This document shows positions 10,421 to 17,132 of a stretch of 64,000 nt of DNA, one piece after another; the stretch's first letter is position 1; every line of letters starts with the position of its first letter. Position numbers and translations under genes: made by a program. The notes beneath the pieces were generated by a model. The model did no database searches, had not been told where the DNA came from, and saw nothing but the letters and a program-made list of their open reading frames with translations. The stretch comes from Bacteroidetes bacterium UBA6161 (GTDB taxonomy: Bacteria; Bacteroidota; Bacteroidia; NS11-12g; UBA955), in contig DIUJ01000051.1 in assembly GCA_002422315.1 (NCBI GenBank), positions 24,887-88,886 on the forward strand, read 5' to 3'.

Positions 10421-11263
10421 TCATTTTCTAACAAGTTTATAAATTAGTTTGTTAAGTTGTAATAACTCTCCTGCTTCTTCGTCTCCTTTTGTGTTATATA
10501 AAAAAGTTGTGTCTTTTTTAATTTCAAATGCATACCAAGTTGAATTTCTTTCACTTGCTTTAAAAGCTATTCCATCCAAAATAGTTTCTGGTCCACCCAT
10601 AAAATCCGTAAATACATAATAGCTATTAAATCCGGGCATACCAATCATAATACCATTGTTTTTAAAAGAAACATTTGTCTTGTTATCAGAACTGTCGATT
10701 AATGTATAATCTCCTTTAAATAATTTCTGGTTCACTATGTATTGGAGTCCCCAACCTGCATCATTGTCTGACTGTTTGTCAGCAACCTTTGAAAAAAGTT
10801 TTTTGTCTATGAGTTTGTTGTCTTTGTTGTAATGATATAAAGCCAAATATGTCTGATTTGAAATATTTTCATGCCCAAGTTCATAATAGTTTGACTTGTT
10901 CTCGTAGTCTATAAGATTTGACTTTAAGCTATTCTCTAAATTGCCTGTAATTGAATAAACTGTAAAGTTGTCTCCTTCGTGATTATTCCTACTAACTCCA
11001 ACAAATGCGCTGTCAACTTGATTTTTTATGTCAATAATTATAGTAACAACACCATCAAATTTCTCGGCTGATTTTAAAGGAGATTTTGTTGATTCAATAG
11101 ATTTAATGTAGTCAGTCAATACCCAAACACCATTAAAAACTCCACTAAATTTTCCTTTTAAGTCGTCTACTTCCATTGTTTCAATGTTGACATTAGAAGT
11201 CTTTTGATTTGAACAACTTGTCAAAATAATTAAGGTCAAAAATATATGTGTTATATGTTTCAT
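10421..11263 (-). CDS. Lipoprotein, unknown function (280 aa from the ATG at 11263; the track ORF starts at an upstream TTG)
   Basis: MKHITHIFLTLIILTSCSNQ is a signal peptide plus lipobox Cys. No recognisable catalytic motif. Confidence 0.6.
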   Translation of the reverse strand: MKHITHIFLTLIILTSCSNQKTSNVNIETMEVDDLKGKFSGVFNGVWVLTDYIKSIESTKSPLKSAEKFDGVVTIIIDIKNQVDSAFVGVSRNNHEGDNFTVYSITGNLENSLKSNLIDYENKSNYYELGHENISNQTYLALYHYNKDNKLIDKKLFSKVADKQSDNDAGWGLQYIVNQKLFKGDYTLIDSSDNKTNVSFKNNGIMIGMPGFNSYYVFTDFMGGPETILDGIAFKASERNSTWYAFEIKKDTTFLYNTKGDEEAGELLQLNKLIYKLVRK

Positions 11264-11275
11264 TGTTGGTTTGTT

Positions 11276-11361
11276 TCTATTACTGCCCAACGGCAGTTTC
11301 CCGCATTCGGCGGCATTACATGTCTAAAAACCTTCGTATTGTTTTCAAAAATAGAAAAAAC
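11276..11361 (-). promoter_or_regulatory. Cassette 5' box, copy B (fullest version): TATTTTTG (complement of 11346-11353), leader hairpins CCGC-N5-GCGG and ACTGCC-GTTG-GGCAGT
   Basis: Direct reading in gene orientation gives ...TATTTTTGAAAACAATACGAAGGTTTTTAGACATGTAATGCCGCCGAATGCGGGAAACTGCCGTTGGGCAGTAATAG... Confidence 0.45.
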
Positions 11362-11505
11362 ACCTCATTGTGTTTCAGTTTAACAACTTTATTTTAAGTA
11401 AAATTTATCTAACCAAACAAATGCCTCTGTTAAAAGCCCTATGTGGGAGTGGGATTTTGAGAAGAAAACCTTCTTTTTTATGGTTTTAAAAGGGTTATGT
11501 ATTTG

Positions 11506-11528
11506 TACGTCATAGGAGGGAGCTACGG
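11506..11528 (-). repeat. Cassette 3' box, copy 3 (degenerate)
   Basis: GTACGTCATAGGAGGGAGCTACGG, downstream of the 11550 stop. Confidence 0.6.
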
Positions 11529-11549
11529 ATGGAATAGGCTGTTTTACTA

Positions 11550-11900
11550 TTAGTTAGATTTGGTTAACCTGTAAAATGTAAGTCCTTTTCGTGACTTGGC
11601 AATTTTTCCATTTTTATCAAATGTCCAAACATTATGAAATTTCTGCACTGTATTATTGTCCTTTAAGACCACTTTGTTTCCTTTTAAAGTCCAACTGCCT
11701 TTGGCAATTATTTTTTTGTCAGAAACAGAGAAGTCTTGGTAATAATAGGTTTGGTCTGAATTAATTATCAATTTAATTTGGGAAGGGTCGTTAGAACAAA
11801 CAGCATAGGTGCCTATAAATTGGTTAACACTCGTGTTTGAAAATGATGACATTAGTATTGCCATTGTTAATATTGTAAGAGTTTTCATTGTTTTTTTCAT
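11550..11900 (-). CDS. Small secreted protein, paralog 2 (116 aa)
   Basis: Near-identical to the 9541-9891 product. The nucleotide duplication extends into both flanks (11539-12013 vs 9530-10005). Confidence 0.6.
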   Translation of the reverse strand: MKKTMKTLTILTMAILMSSFSNTSVNQFIGTYAVCSNDPSQIKLIINSDQTYYYQDFSVSDKKIIAKGSWTLKGNKVVLKDNNTVQKFHNVWTFDKNGKIAKSRKGLTFYRLTKSN

Positions 11901-11945
11901 AATTATTTGTTTTTAAATTGCTCTTGTTTTAAATGTGCTATAGTG

Positions 11946-12013
11946 TCAGTTTCGCGCATTGGGCGAGATTACATGTCTAAAAACCTTCTTATTGTTTTCA
12001 AAAGTATAAAAAC
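11946..12013 (-). promoter_or_regulatory. Cassette 5' box, copy A2 (TACTTTTG, complement of 11999-12006)
   Basis: Near-identical to 9937-10005. Confidence 0.45.
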
Positions 12014-12370
12014 TTGCTGGATTGGGTTTTACTAAAGGGCTTTTATTTTCCTGATTTAAAAAATGGGGCTAAATTCTATTTGAAATTCAGGTCTCTTAAA
12101 TGGTCTTAATATGCCTTTTACAAGGGTTTTAATTACAATTTGAAATATCTTGAAGCGACCCGAATACTGCCCCAAGTAGAAAAGGTGGTGGCTTTTTGTA
12201 AAACCCAATTTGCTGAATTCAAACGAGCCATTTAACGGCATTTTTTTTACAAATAAAATTTGCCAAAACTAAGTTACAGTGAGCCTGTCGAACTGAAAAA
12301 GCTTGTATTGAAGTCATTTTTTTGCTTTGAAAATTCAAATTTGAAGGTTTTGGAAGAGTTGTGCAAAAGT

Positions 12371-12394
12371 TTCGCCAAAGGAAGAACAGCTACG
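12371..12394 (-). repeat. Cassette 3' box, copy 4 (TTCGCCAAAGGAAGAACAGCTACG)
   Basis: Downstream of the 12417 stop. It is part of a ~145-bp stretch nearly identical to 13911-14053. Confidence 0.7.
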
Positions 12395-12416
12395 TTTGTT
12401 AGCAGTAGTGGTTCTA

Positions 12417-13397
12417 TTAGTCGTTCGTCTTATTGTCAAACAGTTCGTGCAATTTTTGTTGTAACAGTTTCTTGTCAGGCAGTTGTGTTTTGTATTCTGA
12501 AATCATTGTCGGGGAAAGGCTTCTGCTTAAAGCATACTCAACAACTTCACTGTCTTTGTCCTTGCAAAGTAAAACCCCAATGCTCGGATTTTCATTCGGC
12601 TTCTTAACGTCTCTGTCTAATGCTTCTAAGTAAAAGTTAAGCTGTCCCAAGTGGTCGGGTTTAAATTTGTCTGCTTTAAGTTCAAATGCCAGCAAACATT
12701 GAAGGCCACGGTGGTAGAAAAGCAAGTCAATGTAAAAGTCGCTTTTACCAACTTGCAACTTATATTCTTCTCCTATGAACAAAAAGTCCTTACCAAGTTC
12801 GAGAATGAAGTTTTTCATTTGTCTTACAAGTCCACGCTGTAAATCGCTCTCACTATGTGGGTCGGGTAAGTTCAAAAATTCAAATATGTAGCTGTCTTTG
12901 AATGTGTTTGAAATGTTATTATTACTTTCTCTCACCGCTGGCGAGAGTTTTGCATTGCCTATCATCGTCCGCTCAAAGAGGCTTGCCGAAATTTGTCGGT
13001 CGAGTTCTCGTTTGCTATAATTTTCTTGCTTTACATACTTGAGGTAAAACTCGATTTCTTCAATGGTTTTACATCTTGAAAAAATCAGCAGATTGTTTGT
13101 CCAGCTAATTTCTCTCACCAGTGGTGAGAGTTTTGGGAAGTCTTTATAAGTCTCATAAAATTGCTTCATTCTCCAAATGTTTTTGTCGGAGAAGCCTTTT
13201 ATATCTGGTTCGTGTGTCTGTATGAAGGTTGCTAATTCAGTTACTACAGAGTCGCCCCATTCTGATTGTTCAATCTTTTTACTGATATATTCTCCGATAT
13301 TCCAATAAAGGTCTATTAGTTCAGCGTTTACGGCTTTAATAGCATTAGTCCGAGATTGTTTAATTAGCTGAATTATGTCCGTAAAGCGATTGTTCAT
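12417..13397 (-). CDS. DUF1016 / YhcG-type PD-(D/E)xK nuclease-domain protein
   Basis: N-terminal region (AVNAELIDLYWNIGEYI...WGDSVV...FSDKNIWRMKQFYETY) and C-terminal core (FYIDLLFYHRGLQCLLAFELKADKFKPDHLGQLNFYL) match my recollection of the YhcG/DUF1016 family. Confidence 0.75.
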   Translation of the reverse strand: MNNRFTDIIQLIKQSRTNAIKAVNAELIDLYWNIGEYISKKIEQSEWGDSVVTELATFIQTHEPDIKGFSDKNIWRMKQFYETYKDFPKLSPLVREISWTNNLLIFSRCKTIEEIEFYLKYVKQENYSKRELDRQISASLFERTMIGNAKLSPAVRESNNNISNTFKDSYIFEFLNLPDPHSESDLQRGLVRQMKNFILELGKDFLFIGEEYKLQVGKSDFYIDLLFYHRGLQCLLAFELKADKFKPDHLGQLNFYLEALDRDVKKPNENPSIGVLLCKDKDSEVVEYALSRSLSPTMISEYKTQLPDKKLLQQKLHELFDNKTND

Positions 13398-13463
13398 TTT
13401 TTACTTCTATATGCTACAAATTTATGTTTTTTCAGTCGTCTTTCTCTTTTGGAACCGCTTTTC

Positions 13464-13522
13464 TGCTATTACTGCTAACGGCAGTTCGTCTAAAAACTCT
13501 ATTTTCGTTTTCAAAAATAGGG
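13464..13522 (-). promoter_or_regulatory. Cassette 5' box, copy C (short variant lacking the first leader hairpin; TATTTTTG, complement of 13512-13519)
   Basis: CTGCTATTACTGCTAACGGCAGTTCGTCTAAAAAC...CAAAAATAG. The hairpin ACTGC-N5-GCAGT is retained. Confidence 0.45.
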
Positions 13523-13730
13523 GAACTTGCTTGATTGGGAGCTATTAGAGGGCTTGTATTTTTCTGCTTTATAAAATGAGGTTGAATTTTGTAGAAAATT
13601 CAAAAGGCTTAAATTGCCTTAAAATACCTTTTAAAAGGGTTTTAAATACTATTTAAAATATCTTGAAGCGACCCAAATACTGCCCCAAGTAGAAAAGGTG
13701 GCGGTTTTTTGTAAAATCCAATTTACTGAA

Positions 13731-13877
13731 CCCAAATTCTGCATTAGAAAATTCTAATGCTGAAATGACGAAAAAATTGCTTTTTGAGCAATTTTTTGTC
13801 AGGGTTAACCCAGACAAAATCTTTGATTTTCGTCAGCCCGAAGGGCAAAATACGCTAATGCGTATTTTGGGTTAAAC
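13731..13877. mobile_element. MITE-like palindromic insertion (~147 bp) in the cassette spacer
   Basis: Present here but absent from the otherwise collinear spacer at 12220-12235. Imperfect terminal inverted repeats CCCAAATTCTGCATTAG (13731-13747) and CTAATGCGTATTTTGGG (13855-13871). Internal hairpins. Confidence 0.5.
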
Positions 13878-14029
13878 TCAAACGAGCCATTTTATGGCAA
13901 TTATTTTTACAGGTAAAATTTGCCAAAACTAAGTTACAGTGAGCCTGTCGAACTTAAAAAGCCTGTAATGAAGTCATTTTTTGCTCTGAAAATTCAAATA
14001 TGAAGGTTTTGAAAGAGTTGTGCAACAGT

Positions 14030-14053
14030 TTCGCCAAAGGAAGAACAGCTACG
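14030..14053 (-). repeat. Cassette 3' box, copy 5 (TTCGCCAAAGGAAGAACAGCTACG)
   Basis: Downstream of the 14078 stop. Identical core to 12371-12394. Confidence 0.7.
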
Positions 14054-14077
14054 GCTATTGTGCGTTCGTGTTTTTTG

Positions 14078-14923
14078 TTAACTTTCGATAAATTGTTTAA
14101 GTCTGTCTAACTTACTTATGTCAAAATGTTGAACAAGATTTATTTTAACCTCCTCTAATGAGGACATTGATTTTGATTTTTTATATTCTTGTGTTTTTAT
14201 CAATAAAATAGGTATGAGATAATCTTTTCCAGAAACAATTCTTAACATGTTATCTGTATTTATTGACCATTTGCCAATGAATTCAGCTAGTTTTAATTCG
14301 TATGTTTCCTGTCCAGCAATAGAAATAGCTTCTTGTCGTAAAGATTCAATATCTTGATTAACCAAATTAGAATCTAAAACAAGTTGATCATTATTTTTAA
14401 TATGGTACTTATTTGCGTTAAAAAGAGTGAATCTACCACCCAAAGAATTGACAATAGCAAAATGTATAAAAAGATTCATTAAACATTCTGAATATTGACC
14501 TAGCCAGTTGTTAAAATTAATTTCATTTTTTAGTTCTTCTTTTGACTTTGTGCCACAATTGAGATATATAAAATTGCAAGTTGATTGTTCATCAATTAAA
14601 AAATTCTCGATGCAATATCTATCAAGTACAAATAAATTCTCTATTTCATTTTTTTCACCTTTAATTACACCTATATCTCCATCAATAATAAAAACTTTTT
14701 TTCTGTCTCCTTTTGGTTCGTTTATACATCTTTCTATAACTTTTTTCTTACAACCTAAGGGGGTTACATCATTAATTTTTATTTCCGGTGTTAACAATCT
14801 TAAAAATAAAGCCTTATAAAACTCTCTGTCTTTAGTCTCATCCTCTGTATAAATATCAACATCATTTCGGTATGTTAAAAAAGTTGATACAAGTCGCTTG
14901 GTTTCATCTGTATATCTTAGCAT
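14078..14923 (-). CDS. ariB: DUF4435/TOPRIM-like protein, AriB-like (putative PARIS effector)
   Basis: N-terminal YTEDETKDREFYKALF (acidic motif followed by FY) and VFIIDGDIG (DxD) fit a TOPRIM/DUF4435 layout. It sits 12 nt downstream of an ABC-type ATPase gene, which is the AriA-AriB order. Confidence 0.6.
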   Translation of the reverse strand: MLRYTDETKRLVSTFLTYRNDVDIYTEDETKDREFYKALFLRLLTPEIKINDVTPLGCKKKVIERCINEPKGDRKKVFIIDGDIGVIKGEKNEIENLFVLDRYCIENFLIDEQSTCNFIYLNCGTKSKEELKNEINFNNWLGQYSECLMNLFIHFAIVNSLGGRFTLFNANKYHIKNNDQLVLDSNLVNQDIESLRQEAISIAGQETYELKLAEFIGKWSINTDNMLRIVSGKDYLIPILLIKTQEYKKSKSMSSLEEVKINLVQHFDISKLDRLKQFIES

Positions 14924-14935
14924 TTAAACTTGTAA

Positions 14936-16330
14936 TTAGTTGTTTAATTTATTAAGGTCTTGACAAAATTGCTCACGCTTAATTTTGGAAATAATTGAAG
15001 GAGAATGAGTCGCAAGTATAAATTGTGTTTTAGGACTTGCTTCCATAATGGAATCAACAAATATTTCTTGCCATGCTATGTGAAGTGATAGTTCAGGTTC
15101 GTCTATTATAAAAATACCTGATGGTTTTTGATCCTCTTCAAAGATTAAATGAGCAATCATTATAATAATTTGCTTTTCGCCCGATGATAGTTCAAATACA
15201 TTAGCAAGTTTATTGTTTCTTAACCTAACTTTTATTTCTCCATCTGGAGCTATAATAAGTGATTTTTTTCCTTCTTTAAGAAAGTTTGTAGCAATGTCTT
15301 CAAGTTTTTTTATAGGTGTTCTTAGATTACTAATTTGCTCTTGATATTGTTGACTATAATTAATTAAGTCATCTATTCTTTTTAGTTGAGAACCATTATT
15401 GAACCACGTCCTAATTATATTTATGTATTCATCTTGGAATTTGTTGATTATTTCCTTGCTATTTTCTTTCTTTTTCTCGTATTCTATGTTTTGTTTTACA
15501 ATATTCTCTATTTTACTGAAAAAAGAATTTACATCATAATTCAAATAATCAATACCTAGATTAGTAACAGCCGCAGTAACTTTTTCCTTTCTCTCTTGGA
15601 GTGCTTCTACAGTTGAGGGTATTGGTTCAAGATTGTAATCAGATATAAAACTGAATGATTGTTTGAAAATTTTCTTTTTAAATTCTTCACTAATTTGCGG
15701 TTGTCTCTGAGCAATTTTTCTAAAATAATCATAAACTAGCATTTGAACCTCCTCAAGACTTGAATCTATAGCTGGTGGCTCTGGATAGCCTTCATAATTT
15801 CTTTTTACTCTTTGATTAATTCCATGACGTCTTGTTTTAAATCTAAAGTCTATAAACCTACCCTCATATATTCTCCGGTCAAGCCCCAAAAACTTAGGTG
15901 TTGCTATTTCTCGAATTTTTTTTGTAATCTCTAGGTTATCAAAATACTCTCTATGTCTTTGTTCTGTAATCGAAAATTCCTCAATATCATACGGTTCATC
16001 ATTTCGTAGAAATCTGGGCATAGGTTCGCTCTCAACTTTTTCATTGTTGAATATAAATTCAATTTTAAAAGTCGCTGTTTTTTTATCCTGCTCTGCTCTT
16101 ATTACTATATCCTTTTCATCAGAATTCGAACTGCAAACAACCTCGCAGTATTTATAATTAATTTGATTAAGATAATTATATGATGGTGAAGTTAATCCGA
16201 GAATTAGTTTTAGTGCACTAGTCTTTCCTGAACCATTTATTCCAATTAGAAATGTAAGTTCTGAATAAAATTTGATGTCAAAGTTCAAATAGTCATGAAC
16301 ACCTTCTGCTTTAAATGAGTTTATTTTCAT
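14936..16330 (-). CDS. ariA: AAA_15/21-type ABC ATPase, AriA-like (putative PARIS sensor)
   Basis: Walker A GINGSGKTS near the N-terminus, long helical insertion, C-terminal SSGEKQ signature, Walker B IFIIDEPELSLH, H-loop ATHSP. Confidence 0.65.
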   Translation of the reverse strand: MKINSFKAEGVHDYLNFDIKFYSELTFLIGINGSGKTSALKLILGLTSPSYNYLNQINYKYCEVVCSSNSDEKDIVIRAEQDKKTATFKIEFIFNNEKVESEPMPRFLRNDEPYDIEEFSITEQRHREYFDNLEITKKIREIATPKFLGLDRRIYEGRFIDFRFKTRRHGINQRVKRNYEGYPEPPAIDSSLEEVQMLVYDYFRKIAQRQPQISEEFKKKIFKQSFSFISDYNLEPIPSTVEALQERKEKVTAAVTNLGIDYLNYDVNSFFSKIENIVKQNIEYEKKKENSKEIINKFQDEYINIIRTWFNNGSQLKRIDDLINYSQQYQEQISNLRTPIKKLEDIATNFLKEGKKSLIIAPDGEIKVRLRNNKLANVFELSSGEKQIIIMIAHLIFEEDQKPSGIFIIDEPELSLHIAWQEIFVDSIMEASPKTQFILATHSPSIISKIKREQFCQDLNKLNN

Positions 16331-16521
16331 GTTATGGATTTTTCGTTTTTGTTATTTTTCTAGTTTTTAGAATGACGCCAACTTACTTCTAACCCTTCCT
16401 TCATCCAACATATACAACCAAATTCTATTGCATAAGCCTGAAAAGTGTCAGGTTTTATTTTTCAGCCCCACAAACATACTCCCTTTTTACATAAATACAA
16501 GTAATTCAATGCATAAAAAAA

Positions 16522-16537
16522 GGGAGCAATTGCTCCC
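16522..16537. terminator. Bidirectional intrinsic terminator-like palindrome (GGGAGCAATTGCTCCC flanked by A-run and T-run)
   Basis: Perfect 16-nt palindrome preceded by AAAAAAA and followed by TTTTT. Lies between the hsdM 3' region and the ariA upstream region. Confidence 0.6.
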
Positions 16538-16649
16538 TTTTTACTTTAGTGTTGAAAATTTTAGTTGTCCACTATGCTTACTTCTACGGCTATGGGTTCG
16601 GGGCTAGTGTTTTGAAAAATCAAATAATCGCCCGATGTGCCAAGGGTTT

Positions 16650-16775
16650 GTAACAAGTAGTCTTCATTTAGTAACAAGCAGTCTTCATTTAGTAACAAGT
16701 AGTCTTCATTTAGTAACAAGTAGTCTTCGATTTGTAACAAGTAGTCTGCAATTAGTAACAAGTAGTCTGTGTTTT
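16650..16775. repeat. Six head-to-tail 21-bp direct repeats (consensus GTAACAAGTAGTCTTCATTTA)
   Basis: Units start at 16650, 16671, 16692, 16713, 16734 and 16755. The first 14 nt are almost invariant and the last 7 nt drift in units 4-6. Confidence 0.95.
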
Positions 16776-17132
16776 GGTAATAAAATTGCGGTGAGAGGTA
16801 GTAAAATCATAGTAAAGACCAATAAAACTGCATTGTAAAGTGGCAAAATGAGGGCAAGGAGTAGTTAAACTCAAGTGAGCAGTAGATAGGTAGTAATTGG
16901 GTTTAATAGGATTGTGATTAAACCCAATAAAATTACAGAAGATAGTGGTGCGAAGATTTAGCGCACTTGGTATTTGCGCATTTATACAGCCTAAAAAGGC
17001 ATGCAAAGCACTAAAATTGCAGTATGGAGTAGATTTTACTTTCTGAGAGTTGGGGGCTGCTATGCTCTTTGTATAGCTTGGGATTAAGGGTTGGGTCGTG
17101 CGAATTGTAAATGTGCTTGACTACTGCGTTGG

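Noticed and set aside
12056-12607. ORFs 12056-12241 (-), 12260-12607 (+) and 12433-12633 (+) in or next to the cassette spacer
   Set aside because: They lie in the conserved non-coding spacer or antisense to the DUF1016 gene. The 61-aa reading frame is interrupted by the MITE-like insertion in the paralogous spacer copy, so it is not conserved as coding.
9371-14077. Classical integron / CALIN call for the cassette array
   Set aside because: No intI gene is present in the window, and the inter-gene conserved regions are 170-650 bp rather than the 57-141 bp of attC sites. Only two junctions show GTTRRRY/RYYYAAC-like cores, and the short complementary motifs (TTCGGCGG/CCGCCGAA, CATTACAT/ATGTAATG) are not arranged as a nested attC-type hairpin. 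It is kept as integron-like, not called as an integron.
16650-16775. CRISPR array interpretation of the 21-bp repeats (and of the 14-bp repeats at 29358-29441)
   Set aside because: The repeats are directly contiguous with no unique spacers, the units are too short, and no cas genes are present in the window.
16561-16838. ORFs 16561-16761 (-) and 16635-16838 (+) translating the 21-bp repeats into heptad-like peptides (NEDYLLL / VTSSLHL)
   Set aside because: Both strands are open only because the 21-bp unit lacks stop codons in those frames. The minus ORF begins with a TTG inside the repeat. There is no independent coding evidence. A terminator 24 nt after the minus-strand stop keeps a small residual possibility open.
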